From Ylistrum balloti (taxonomy: Eukaryota): a stretch of DNA of 64,000 nt. The stretch spans positions 1,550,001-1,614,000 of the forward strand of contig NW_026782082.1 in the NCBI RefSeq assembly GCF_031769215.1, in the 5' to 3' direction. Under the pieces are notes generated by a model. The model worked only from the letters and a program-made list of their open reading frames with translations. It was not told the DNA's origin and ran no database searches. Both the position numbers and the translations under genes were made by a program. Positions 39,479 through 51,795 of this stretch are shown piece after piece. Position 1 is the stretch's first letter. Each line of letters begins with the position of its first letter.

Positions 39479-39594
39479 GAGTCGAACTTGGTGATATTGG
39501 TCCAAAGTTTGGGTATGGTTCTAATGATAACGGATATCTCATCCTCAACAATGTCAGGATACCAAGGGAAAACATGCTGATGAGATACTCCAAG
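39479..39594 (+). CDS. ACOX1: ACOX1 exon 6 ([39 protein letters not shown])
   Basis: GDIGPKFG...DNG...VRIPRENML motif; 116 nt. Confidence 0.97.
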
Positions 39595-40546
39595 GTAGAT
39601 GCTACATGTGATTTACACCTATAGAGCGAAATATTCCAACAGACATCAATGAAGCTCGTTAGTATGTTTGCTGGTTCTGTTTATGTTATTTGGGAACATG
39701 ACATTACCTTCTTGAATTGACCAAGATTTACAACCCTTCCGGAACACGAGGTATTTTTATCGTTTACGTTTTCAGAGGCCGTATAAATATATCTTTTGTT
39801 CATATTTTACCCAAGTTTCAACGAATCTGAGTTTGAATTCAGATTCTGTTGACATGTCGGTACTTTTGCAAACATTTGACCCCTTGTTTTGTTTGGTATT
39901 GAAACAGCTGTAGTATACAGTATAATTCAGAATTTGGCTCTTGACTAGTATATCCAATTCTCATTTTGGTATTGAATGGTGATATTCACATATTTTTTTA
40001 CAATCTTCCAAACTGAAGATAGTATCATATGAGAGTTATCAAAAATCAGTGGAGAGCTGAGTTTATCGCCTTGTTGTCCTAGTAGTAGCCACTCACTGAA
40101 CAGCATACGAGAGGTCCGTTGCATGTTATCCATACCAGTCAGAGTTGAGTGTCTTGTTCAAGAATTTAAACGCAATTACTTCAATACTGACCGGTCCGTT
40201 TCTGAGAGTGGGTTGCAAGTCTCGAACCAAGCATCTCTGACATTGACCAATTTTCTTATACAATGTGTCATCACAGTACTTTCGGAGAAATTTATTAAAC
40301 GATGAAAAAATCAGAAATATCAAAATATAAAAGATAATTGTACAGATATATATTTAATTTTGTTCTGAAACAATCATGGAATGTTTGACTGAAATTTGCA
40401 CCAGCTTTCATTTGTAACAAGTATTTGGATTGATAATAAGCATATATGCTTGTTAACAGCTAATTGTGAAACACTTATCACCACAAAATATATATCATAT
40501 ATTTGTTGACCAGCTACCTATTTTTAAGTGATATTTCCCTACCTAG

Positions 40547-40716
40547 GTGCTTGAGGATGGGACATACGTGAAACCGCCAAACGCCAAGATATCGTATGGA
40601 ACAATGACACTCATCCGAGTGAGAATAGTGGCTAATGTATCCCGTTGTCTCGCTCAGGCATGCGTCATCGCAGTCAGATATAGCGCTGTCCGGAGACAGA
40701 CAGAAGTATCCCCCGG
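40547..40716 (+). CDS. ACOX1: ACOX1 exon 7 (VLEDGTYVKPPNAKISYGTM...IAVRYSAVRRQ)
   Basis: Conserved YGTM and RYSAVRRQ; 170 nt. Confidence 0.97.
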
Positions 40717-41084
40717 GTAAGATTCCTCATTCTCCGATCCCACCCATTGAAGATAATTTAAGTTACAACTTCAATAGCTATCAGGATAAGTGTGGCAACG
40801 CATGATTTTTTAATTGCACTAGTATCTTAATATATGAGTCACTTTGATATTTTACTGACTCAGTGGTACCCACTCGCTTTTCATCTAGACATCCGGGGTT
40901 CTATCACCCGAACGGACGTGAGAAGGTTAGGGGTCAGCTGCCCGACCACGTGGGATCTTTAACGCGCGACCTTTAACCTTACGCTTCCAACGGTTCTACA
41001 AGAGTGATTAGTTTAGGTTATTTTTAAACAAAGTTTTTTTTTCATTGACTTGTACATCAGTGTAAGTTTTTGTCCTTTTAACAG

Positions 41085-41247
41085 AGGACCAGAGGCACAG
41101 ATTATTGACTACCAAACACAACAACACAAGTTATTTCCCGCGGTCGCCATGGCGTACGCGTTCTACTTCACGGGATCAGAAATATATAGGATCTACAACA
41201 GAATTAACAGTAACGTGGAACAAGGCAAACTCGACCAGATTGGTGAC
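41085..41247 (+). CDS. ACOX1: ACOX1 exon 8 (GPEAQIIDYQTQQHKLFPAVAMAYAF...)
   Basis: Conserved E.QI.DYQTQQ.KLFP; 163 nt. Confidence 0.97.
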
Positions 41248-42503
41248 GTAAGTATTGTCCAATGCTGTAACATCAATCATTTTCGTTGATTTCACGTGCT
41301 GAGGAAAATGTAATGTTTAAATACTCCAATGGGGTGATTTTCACCGAGTGATTTTGTAGTAACAATGCTCTTGATCAATCTACTGGACATGGTTATGATG
41401 AGGAGTTAACACTATTATACGTCTACAGGAGTTTTGTTTATTAACAAGGCAATGTATGTAGAATCTCCAGTACATGATTCATGCTGAAAGTGTGTTATTT
41501 TATGTTGGTGGTGTTCTCAGTCTTACATCTTGTGTGGTGTTTACATCACGGAAAGTGTTCACGTGATTTTTGGCGTGCTTTGAAGGGTGCATCATGTGAA
41601 AATCGCTGAAACTCGAACCCTAGATCCGTAGAACATCAGACCAACATTCTAGGGTGAGTTTCTTATTTACCAGAAAGACTCTTCTCCCAAAAGAAAGACT
41701 CCTTCCTCAAGCTTTTCGATGTTTACACCAATGCATGTTTGAGGGAGTCTTAATATCTCAGACTTACACGCTACCTTATGTGCTAAAGAAAAATGTCCTA
41801 TCTAAGAAGACGGGAACCCTCTAGTGATTTCCGAGGATGACATATCCCCTTCCTACAGGAAGGAAGCCGTCAACGGCAAAGCTTGTTTAGCAAGGCTGAG
41901 ATATTTTTTGGTCCTCATATAGGACGAACCCGAAATATTTGGCTAGGTACGTTGTTTATGCTCTTACTCTTAAGCCCAAAGATGAACTCAATCAAGCCAA
42001 ACTAAGGCTTACAAATTCTTTCTCTGGGAAATCCTGAATACTACACAAAGTAAATAATATTTTGCGCAACAGTTTTCAGCCACCATCACCAGATTGTGGG
42101 AAGTTCAGTTTGCTGCTCCTCGTTGTGCACTTCGTACGGATTCAGTTATGGGACTGATCGGAAAAAAATGGCCGACAGGCGGCCATGTTTTTCTTGGTAA
42201 ATTTTGGATTGACCGAGAAAAAAAACAAACAAAAAAACTAACAAGCAACATTGAATTGGCAAGAATATTTGAAAAGATTTTTGAAAGTTAGCTTGAGCGT
42301 TTCTTAATTTCGATATGAAGATTCTTGATTGCCCCTAGTTTTGCTTGTTTGATTGTAGATGGACCAGAAAAAAATAAAAGAATGGAAAATATTTAAATGA
42401 CAAAGAGCTTTTGAGATATAACGATGGTGGGCGCCAAGATATCTTGTTAATAAATTAGTATATTGAAGAATATTTTGTAATATTCCCGATTTCCCGTGTC
42501 CAG

Positions 42504-42694
42504 CTACACGGACTGACGGCCGGTCTGAAAGCATTCTCCAGTTCCAACTGTTGCACCAGTATAGAAGTGTGCCGACTAGCATGTGGGGGGCATGGCTACT
42601 CTCACGCCAGCGGTATACCGAAAATCTACGTGGATGCGATCCCAAACAGTACATACGAGGGAGAGAACACAGTACTGTATCTACAGACGGCAAG
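42504..42694 (+). CDS. ACOX1: ACOX1 exon 9 ([11 protein letters not shown]...[11 protein letters not shown]...[15 protein letters not shown]), includes the catalytic Glu motif
   Basis: CGGHGY and YEGEN signatures; 191 nt. Confidence 0.98.
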
Positions 42695-42805
42695 GTATAT
42701 AGTAGTTTTCGGTGTCATTCATGGTATTGGAAAGGAAATTGTTTACAGTAATTTTTAACAGAGTTCCGTACCAAATTATATTCATTTAAATAGTTACAAG
42801 AAAGT

Positions 42806-42813
42806 TCATCATT

Positions 42814-42857
<44 letters not shown>
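42806..42857. repeat. (ATC)n microsatellite in ACOX1 intron 9
   Basis: Direct inspection. Confidence 0.97.
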
Positions 42858-43152
42858 TTTTCATTCCTCAAAAATTAATGTATATATGTGTGATACAAAA
42901 GACAATTAAATAAAATACGATTGGGTGATATCATTTGCAAAAAAATAGTTATTCATTTTGGATCTCGTGTTGAGAGTGTATTCATTACGCTAGTGTTGAT
43001 GTCCGGTGTTATAAGTATCATTCTCACAGTAATTTTTATATCTTGTCACTTGAAACTGAGTGAAGAAATCGCTCATTGTACCCAATATACCGCTTGGTAG
43101 AAACCTGGCAACACGTGGATTTAACCCATTCATTGTCCGTATCATTTGATAG

Positions 43153-43305
43153 ATACCTACTGAAATGTTTCACGAAAGTCCAGATGGGAGAGAAACTACC
43201 TGGATTTGTGTCTTACTTGGGAACTGACTTGACCGTCAAGTCAACCTTGAAATCGGACGTATCCCTTGAAAGTCTTGTCCTGGCCTACGAACATCGTGCG
43301 GCGAG
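43153..43305 (+). CDS. ACOX1: ACOX1 exon 10 (YLLKCFTKVQMGEKLPGFVSYL...AYEHRAA)
   Basis: Phase 2-2, 153 nt, gatag| acceptor and |gtaaat donor. Confidence 0.93.
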
Positions 43306-43392
43306 GTAAATTTTCAAATTGATATTTCATAATTGCTATATAAACAGTTTAAATGCTTACTTATTTTACGGAGACTTGCAAAAAGAAACTGG

Positions 43393-44005
43393 AACAAGCA
43401 AATTCATTGAATTTATATCCCCCGCTTTCCAAACATGCTATATGTAAATATTTTAGAGGTTAGGAGTAAACATGTCATAATGCTATGTAGAATGATATAT
43501 TCTCTTGAGCCATGATGTATTGCTTTAAAGCCAAAGAAAGATGTAAAGATTATAGAGAGTAGATGTTTTATTGGACATATCAAATATTAACCAATAAAGT
43601 AAACTAATTGAAGAAAACTTGCATACTAGTAACTATAATGGTGCTAAGCAGGCATAGATATTAACAGATGATGCTGATTGCTGAACTCAGTCTTATGTGC
43701 CCTAATATATATCTGCTGACCAAGTTTCATCTAAATCGGATTATATTTAGGGAAGTTGGAGCACGGAAATGAACCGACCAATGAAATCAAAGGATACCAC
43801 ATTAGTATGCATAATTATTAACAGATGACACTGATAGTCAAACTCAGTCTTAATGACCCCAAGATGTATTTGCTGACCAAGTTTAACCCAAATTGGATGA
43901 TATTTGGGGGAAGTTAGAACACGGAAACGAAAGTGTGACAGACGGACGGACGGACGGACGAACTCAAATTATTATCCCCCATTTCGGTGAAAGCGGGAGA
44001 TAACA
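43393..44005. mobile_element. HINE/Helentron-type non-autonomous element in ACOX1 intron 10
   Basis: aacaag end plus palindrome AAATTCA-T-TGAATTT (43400-43414); subterminal inverted repeats 43416-43429 and 43989-44002 (13/14 match); two core repeats of about 157 bp; (GACG)5 at 43941-43960. Confidence 0.8.
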
Positions 44006-44089
44006 AGACCTCGTACAAGGTACGTTGCGTCTCTTACGTCAGGCAGTGTGCATAAATGATGTAGCTCACACTTTTCTCTCTAATCCAAG

Positions 44090-44195
44090 AATGGTGAAAG
44101 CAGCCGCTACAAATATCCAAAGTCTTGTCAAGGAAGGATTATCACAGCAGCAAGCTTGGAACAAAACCACACAGCAATTCGTGTGGGCAACTATG
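44090..44195 (+). CDS. ACOX1: ACOX1 exon 11 (MVKAAATNIQSLVKEGLSQQQAWNKTTQQFVWATM)
   Basis: AWN motif; aag| acceptor and |gtatgt donor; 106 nt. Confidence 0.9.
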
Positions 44196-45166
44196 GTATG
44201 TGATTTCCCAGTAGTATTAGTGGCGACCATGCAGTACTCCTTTCCAATATTGTTATGAAACTTGTAGTTTTTCTTTCCTCTATGGTCCTCTGATTTTAAT
44301 CAAGATTATTTTTCTGTGTTCACGATCACCTCCGTTTTGAAATAAGCATTAGTGGCATTTTTCAGGATAGATGAACAATGTATAGTGCTGTTTAATTCCC
44401 TATATCGCTACTCTGAATCTTATATACCCACCCCGTCTCTCATATATATCATCTTTTATTTTCAACTTTATTTCACTTAGTTCAGTAAAGTACACCGCCT
44501 CAACGTTTAAGTGTCTTATCTATATCACCATCCAATATGTTTTATCGATATAAATTAATTGTTCAATCTGACGTGGCAGATAAACTGTATCAGTTTGACA
44601 AGATTAATATTAAAATTGATTTAATACAACTGAAATAACAGCAGTTTAAGTTTCGTCTATTTCGCCAGTTTGTCAGTTAGGTGAAAAGAAATAATAAGAT
44701 ATTTTTTATGGAATGATGAAAATAATCCCTGGCCGGATGTTTTCCCCGTGTCATTATATCGTGATCATGTAACATTTACATAAGAAACCTCGGTTTTACA
44801 TTAAAAAACAAAAACATCATACACACTCTTGATAATCCTTTCTGCAGCTTTTGTAAGATAGAAATAAATCAAATAGATGAAATATTAGAATACAATTTTT
44901 TTCATACATGTTATAAATATCAACATCGTCATAGGCAGTGAATATCACTACGAGAAGCTACATGTTTTACAAAACCATGTTATCTCCCTTTGCTTTTCAT
45001 AAAAGTGTCTTTTTCGGGAGGTTATGAGAAGTACAATATATAAAACATTGTCATTAGTTATTATTTCTGATACGAAATAGCATAATGAACAGCGATGTAC
45101 GTATATGACGATTTTCCAATCTGTTTCAATAAACTCTTATCAAAATACGTATGTGTGTTCTTACAG

Positions 45167-45313
45167 GCACATTGCCATGCATATGTGGTAAAAACATTTT
45201 CCACAAAGGTAATTACTAGTAACCTTGATGACGAGACAAGAAAGGTGATGGTCGCCGTGTGCAAGTTGTACGCTGTCAATGGCATTTTGGAGAACCTTGG
45301 GGATTTTATCCAG
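45167..45313 (+). CDS. ACOX1: ACOX1 exon 12 (AHCHAYVVKTF...LYAVNGILENLGDFIQ)
   Basis: AHC and LY...I.EN.GDF motifs; 147 nt. Confidence 0.95.
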
Positions 45314-45742
45314 GTAAACATTTTGGTCCCAAACTCCTCTAGTTAGAGTTTGCTTTCTCGAAGATTGGAAATGTACCCGAGAGAGGTGGATTGTTCGTTT
45401 GACAATATTGGAATCCCGATGTGATGATTAGATTGTGTTCTACTTCCGGTGTCGGTGGCAATTTGCAAATAGCAACAGAAGCTTAATTATGTAGCATTAG
45501 ACACTACAAGTTAGTTTAGTTGTTTATCACGAATCATGGACTCATATTATATGAATTTAAGTGTTGGTTCTAAACTTTTTTGTCAATGCTTAGGAAGATT
45601 ACTTTAAAATAAGGAAACTTTAAACAAAATTCCCGGGAAAAAAAATGTAATTTGAAATATATTTTAACATCGACAAAAGCATATTGTAAGGATATGTTCC
45701 AGAATTTATAAAATGCTGCATGCCAGAGTTTGTGTATTTCAG

Positions 45743-45949
45743 GACGGCTTCTTGAGCAGTGGGCAGGTGGACACCGTAACCAGAAAGCTGACGTACCTAT
45801 TGGACGAAATACGACCTAACGCTGTTGCCTTGGTGGATGCCTTCGATTACCCTGACAAGGCTTTGGACTCCTGCCTAGGACGTTACGATGGTGACGTGTA
45901 CCAGGCGCTATATGATTATGCAAAAGCGTCGCCACTTAATAAGAAAGAT
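45743..45949 (+). CDS. ACOX1: ACOX1 exon 13 (DGFLSSGQ...IRPNAVALVDAFDYPD..LDSCLGRYDGDVY...SPLNKKD)
   Basis: Conserved IRPNAVALVDAFD and LG.YDG.VY; 207 nt. Confidence 0.97.
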
Positions 45950-46046
45950 GTAAGCAATTAGGCTCTTAAATTGAAATAAATATATTACTCGGACGAAACT
46001 CCGTGTTGTCTAGCAGATGACCAAATCACTTTTCACATCTGATCAG

Positions 46047-46285
46047 GCCCCACTTGTATAAAACATCTCAACTTGAGATTTCCTCAAGTCGAGATTTTCC
46101 TGAGCTGATATCTCCTCAAAAACGGCTTGTATAAAATTTTCTCAAGGAACAGGAGGAAGGCATCGGTTAGAATGTCCTGAAATTCCTTGAGGAATTTTCA
46201 TACAAGATATTTTCAAGGAGATATTAGCTGAGGAAAATCTCGACTTGAGGAAATCTTAAGTTGAGATGTTTTATACAAGTGGGGC
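46047..46285. mobile_element. 239-bp palindromic MITE, probably PIF/Harbinger (Tourist-like), in ACOX1 intron 13
   Basis: TIRs of about 70 bp starting GCCCCACTTGTATAAAACATCTC; 3-bp CAG duplication at 46044-46046 and 46286-46288. Confidence 0.9.
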
Positions 46286-46674
46286 CAGGTATTCCAATTC
46301 CGGTCGCGCTGCTGAATTATCGCTAGTGAGCCACATCTTTGACGCAAAGAGGTGTATTTTGCGGAGGAAATATGGAACGAAATACCAATTTCTATTTCCG
46401 TGGTTTTGTTCTATCCTCGAAAATAATTACATTTACAGCATTTTTTCGCGTTAAATAAATCTTAACAGTAATCAATTCAAAAGTAAGTCCGTGTCTCAAT
46501 TTTGACATTTCCTTTGATCACTCTACACATCTGTAAGCTTCTCCTACCTATCAAAGTTTCGGGCAGGTTATTTGACCTTTCTGTATCCAATTCTAAATTT
46601 ATATTAAAAGATATTATTCACTTGTGTGGCTTTTGTACAATCTCAGCGATATATTATTTTTTATTGTTTGGCAG

Positions 46675-46749
46675 GTGCTGGACTCCTTTCACACATATCT
46701 GAGTCCCGTAAAAGGAAAAGTTGACAAGAGTTTCTCAGCAAAACTATAA
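46675..46749 (+). CDS. ACOX1: ACOX1 exon 14 (VLDSFHTYLSPVKGKVDKSFSAKL-stop), PTS1 peroxisomal signal AKL
   Basis: ggcag| acceptor; TAA at 46747-46749. The 14 exons sum to 2013 nt in one continuous frame. Confidence 0.94.
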   Translation: MLDSFHTYLSPVKGKVDKSFSAKL

Positions 46750-47882
46750 AGGAATGTAGCTTCCTTTCCTTTTTGCTTGATGTTGTTTCACTGGTTCTAC
46801 TATCAGCGTTTATAAGATGTGATTAACCGAGATGTCATCACTCAAAGACTTTAATGGACGACCAGGGTATCATCGAATATAAATTAAAACCGGATGGATA
46901 TATACAGCATATAGAAATACTCAGAAGTATATGATGAGAATTTGGAGATAGAGTGCGATAAAAAGAATTAATTTATTTGAAATATGTAACTGAATTTCTG
47001 TGAAAAATATATTCAGAGATTCTTTTTTATTTTCATTGATTTCGGGGGTAGTAATAATCTACAAATAAAAAATGTGGAGGAAATTAATTTTCAGTACAAG
47101 TGAATTTCGTAATTACTGTTTATTAAAGAAATCAAGTGCCAACGAAAAAATCACGAAATTTGAGTTCCACAAATGATATATTTCAGTCTTAGATAATCGT
47201 ATGTACAAACAAGTTTTATTTATTATTAACCAGAAATCACGTGACAGTAAAGACTATCTATCGTTACGACACCAATGCTATGACGAGTACCATGTGTTAC
47301 TTTCTGGTCTGACTGTGTGTAAGGATAATTCAAAGATGATATATACCATTGAATACAGTTTCAACAATACACACGCTTGATCAATTGGATTTCCGTCAGA
47401 CTGACTAGCCAAACCAATGTAGACAACGCCATTTTATGTGATATCGTAAAATATTTGACAAATAGCATTGCTCAGAAAAGTACTTCCGGTTCTATAATAC
47501 TCATCTTCCGGTCCGGAGAAATGAATATTGTCTATGATATATTGGTGTGCTTTTAAAAATCTCTATTGCGCGGCAAATGAGGACAAGTTCAGGAGTGTTT
47601 AGTCAGATCGGGTCACGTGTGGACTATGGACAGAATTTGAGTTATCTGATTCATATATGCTAAGCCAAACTGTTGAATGCTGAACATTTTCAAGTCATTT
47701 CAACTCTGGAAATGACTGGTGGAGAAAGCGTGGACGTTTTATAAATGTGAAATTACCATTGCACAGATAAAGCTACTTCAGAAACAAAAAATTATTGAAG
47801 TGACACATTTTACAATAAAGGATCAATTACTTGCTTTCATAATAAATTTGATCTCAAAACAAAAGTGTGTTAACTTGGATAT

Positions 47883-48105
47883 TATGATAAACGTGATGAT
47901 TTAAATTTCCCTATAGTAACTTTTCCACTTCTGGATAGCAGCAGTCTGCACTCACAATCTATTGTGCGTTCATGTCATAGTTGATTTGATATCCAAGGGC
48001 CTTTCCCAGTATCACGATTTCCGTGCAAGAAGTCGTGAACTTACGGCCAAACTCGCAACACATGGTGTCCAAAGATGCAGGTTGAAAAAAATTATGGGGA
48101 AGTCA
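47883..48105 (+). mobile_element. Decayed Penelope-like element reverse-transcriptase fragment
   Basis: Translates YDKRDDLNFPIVTFPLLDS, then after a frameshift and stops ...YHDFRARSRELTAKL..G...RLKK. This matches the invertebrate PLE RT C-terminal motif YDKRDDFNFPIVNFP...SQLIRY.RACS.Y.DF. Confidence 0.72.
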
Positions 48106-48631
48106 TTGCGATCCCATTGAGAAATATTCAATTTCTTTGTACAATATGATGCTCGTTAGTTTGTCTGTTGGTTTCGGTTTTTGTATACCTTGAATTTGAG
48201 GTTTTGATTATGATTTTGTAGACTTGCTGGTATTCTTAAAAAAAAAAGAAGAAAAAAAGACAGGTCGACTCTTCATGACAAAAAATATTTTTAACTCTAC
48301 CACGTTCCAGCTATTTCTATTTTCTGTGGTACAGCGAATACTTTTTTCGTACTTTTATTCAATTATTTAAGACCATTTCTCTTATATTTCCTCTTCATTG
48401 ATGAACTGATCTTACCGAAGGAAATGTTTGCATTGATTCCCCCTGAAAAGATAACAGACCGCCGGCAGTCCGTTACTTCAATCAACTGTAGGATGTAACA
48501 ATTTCATACAGCGAGTCAGAGGTTAAAACAATGGTCAATAAATGGTTAGTTTCAAAACAATTTGTTAAAATGTGTTTCTTGGCTAAAACAGACAGTAGAG
48601 AAGACATTCTATTGAAAACAACGACCATACG

Positions 48632-48755
48632 ACATGCTCCGGGAGTGACCAAAGGTTATCGACATGATCCGGAAGTAATCAAGATCATCAACATAATTTG
48701 GAAGTGATCAAGGTTATCAACATGCTCCGGAAGTGATCAAGGTTATCGACATGAG
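48632..48755. repeat. 29-30 bp tandem repeat, about 4 copies
   Basis: catgctccggaagtgatcaaggttatcga variants start at 48633, 48663, 48692 and 48721. Confidence 0.88.
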
Positions 48756-48890
48756 TTTACGACTGTGTAATTAGTTATTACGCTTATATAACTCTTTTAT
48801 ACAATCATCAAAGGGCGAAATAAACCCAAGGCGAATTCATGTATAATGGTACAAGGGCGAAAGAAAACCGACATACAGCGTTCAAAACTT

Positions 48891-50023
48891 AACAAGAGGC
48901 CCATGGGCCTTAACGGTCATCTGACAAAAAGCAAGCCAAACTCTAACAACAGTGAGTCTACTGTTAAAACAGTGGGCTTCATTCATTTGAATAAACTTGG
49001 TAGCCCTTCCTTCCAGCATCCTACAGGCCCAATAACAGCATTCTGAGCCTTTTGGTTACTGAGAAGAAGTCGTTTACAGATTTTAACATATTTGAACCCT
49101 GTGATCTTGAAAGTGGGTCAAGGTCATTTACTTGAACGCATTTGGTAACACTTCCTCAAAACATCCTACAGGCCCAATATCAGCACTCTAATAATTTTGG
49201 TTATTGAGAAGTCATTTGCATATTTTAACATATTCAACCCCTGTGACCTTGAAAGTGGGTCAAGGTCATTCATTTGAACAAATTTGGTAGCATGTCATCC
49301 CAGCATCCTACAGGTCCATTATCAGCACTCTTGGACTTTTGCTTATTGAAGAGAAATTGTTTGTATATTTTAACATATTTGACCCCTGTGACCAAGAAAG
49401 TGGGTCGAGGTCATTCATTTGAACAAACTTGGTAGCCCTTCATCCCAGCATCCTACAGACCCAATATCAGCATTCTGAGCCTTTTGGTTGTTGAGATGAT
49501 GTTTAAAAATTACAACAAATTTGACCCCTGTGACCTTGAAAGTGGGTCGAGGTCATTCATTTGAACAAACTTGGTAGCCCTTCCTCCAAGCATCCTACAG
49601 GCCCAATATCAGCACTCTTGGACTTTTGCTTATTGAGAAGTCGTTTGTATATTTTAACATATTTGACCCCTGTGACCTTGAAAGTGGGTCAAGGTAATTC
49701 ACTTGAACAAACTTGGTAGCCCTTCATCCCAGCATGCTAGACCCAATATCAGCAATCTGAGCCTTTTGGTTTTTGAGAAGTTGTTTAAAAATTTCAACAT
49801 ATTTGACCCCTGTGACCTTGAAAGTGGGTCGAGGTCATTCATTTGAACAAAATTGGTAGTCTTTCCTCCAGGCATCCTACAGGCCCAATATCAGCACTTT
49901 TGTATATTTTAACATGTTTGATCCCTGTGACCTTGAAAGTGGGTCAAGGTCATTAATTTGAACAAACTTTGTAGGGCTCCATGCCAGCATGCTATGGGCC
50001 CTTCAGGTCAGATGACCTAAAAA
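48891..50023 (-). mobile_element. Complete HINE (Helentron-associated non-autonomous element) carrying a satellite array of about 142 bp (7-8 units)
   Basis: Perfect subterminal inverted repeats GGTCATCTGAC (48915-48925) and GTCAGATGACC (50007-50017); perfect 14-bp palindrome AGGCCCATGGGCCT (48897-48910); AA/TT-rich ends; ctgtg anchors at 49099, 49241, 49386, 49528, 49670, 49810 and 49925. Confidence 0.9.
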
Positions 50024-51489
50024 GGGAAACGGTGTATTTGGAAATAAAAATCCTTCAACATTTCTTTTCTGAGACAAGTAAAGCTCCCATCAGAGTAAGC
50101 TAACATGAGAAAAAACTAAAAGTGACAAAGGTAACAACTTGAAGAAAGCCGTCAGATATGAATGTCCCCACTCCCAAGCATATAAATATTGAGTTATAAA
50201 TTGGTAGACATTGTTGAATATGTGCTTTGATTCCTTAACCTTGACTGATGACTATCTTAACATGAAAAGGTGTAGAAACTTGAGTCATGATACCATGGGG
50301 CATAAAAACATTAAAATCTGTCGAGATTCTCATGATGTGATGGAAGTGTGCGTAACATCACAAGTCTCATAGGAAATGTATTGTGTGTATTTCATCAGAC
50401 TAAAGTCCATTGTGAAGTGAATAATGCTACCATTTGATGTAGATCAGTGTACAAGTGGAGGATCATCAATGTGTTTTTTTTGCTAGAATCTTATCGCCAT
50501 TTCCACAAGAGTGTACGGTAAAATTGGAAAGATTCGATAGTTCTTGATCACTGCATACATTAAAATTGAAATGACTCACACAAGTCAATCGTCTGATGAA
50601 GGTGACAGGACTTCACAGAAACGTCCAGGATAGCTTCTTTTATGGTCGAGTTGTATAACAACTTTTATTTCATTTATGCTTAACCAGCCTGGAGAATATG
50701 TTTCGCGATATATATATACAGCAGTTATATGCATAAGAACAATAATGTTTTAAATACATGTATCGGTGGGGAGTTTTGAATTTCGGATTTGACTTACGAC
50801 ATGTATGAGTGATCCATCAAGTGTTTGCTGGGTAGTGGACATTTTATGTGGGGTGGGGGTTTAAAACTTGTTTACGAAATCAGAATACCCACCCACCTGC
50901 AAAACGTTTGAAAATTTAGAGCACTCGACATCCTCGAACTGTGGAGAAAGAGAGTAGGTTCATGTAGGTAAGTATGGTGACTTCGTAAACAGGCTTTTTA
51001 CAAACAGAATCTCCTGTTTACTTCAGTCCCTTAAGTGGCTATCGGATGACCAATTGAACATCCCCATCTTTGGACAACTCTTAAGAAAATCACTACTGAC
51101 AAATTCACCGAGTCCTTGAATGTTTCCCGGTTGGTAAATGTGAAAGAGCCGTTGCTTATTCTCCCATTGACATGCAAGCCTTTAACACCAACCTATAAAG
51201 CCATATGAATCAACACTGGTTCTAAAGGCTTGCAATGCCTTGACAAGACTGGCCACATCTCATGGGTAGCTAGAGAGAACAGTTGTCTGCTTCCTGTACT
51301 TTTATGTTTTGGCTTCCTTAGACTTGCCAATGAAGATTTTAATGGGTTTGATTATGGTGATTTTGTAGAAATGATTTTGGTACTAAGATCTAACATTTAA
51401 ACAGGTGCTTTTTCCATGAGATATTAAATTCTGCCAAGGAACATTGATGGGAAGCTAATGTCATATTATTGGGCAGGTATACGGGAATG

Positions 51490-51795
51490 CTATTTTTTGC
51501 CTTTACTAGCCCTTGTTAGAATAATTTCTGAGACAACAGTCAGAAAGGAATGATATTTGTTGTCTTTACCAGCCCTTGTTAGGATCATTCCTGAGACAAC
51601 AGACAGAAAGGAATGATATTTGTTGTCTTTACCAGCCATGGCTGATATAATTCCTGAGACAACAGACAGAAAGGAATGATATTTGTTGTCTTTACCAGCC
51701 ATGGCTGATATAATTCCTGAGACAACAGACAGAAAGGAATGATATTTGTTGTCTTTACCAGCCATGGTTGATATAATTCCTGGGACAATAGACAG
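51490..51795. repeat. 63-bp tandem repeat, about 5 copies, just downstream of the MRTO4 stop
   Basis: cagaaaggaatgat at 51541, 51604, 51667 and 51730. Confidence 0.95.

Noticed and set aside
40860-41660. Possible tRNA-SINE relics (gggttcgag B-box-like near 41615 on -, and gttaaagatccc core near 40950)
   Set aside because: Too degenerate to define a head, body or boundaries by eye; no cloverleaf, so no tRNA is called.
47482-47619. ETS (CTTCCGG) and GTCACGTG motifs suggesting an orphan promoter
   Set aside because: Similar motifs are scattered throughout the window and no exon or ORF follows.
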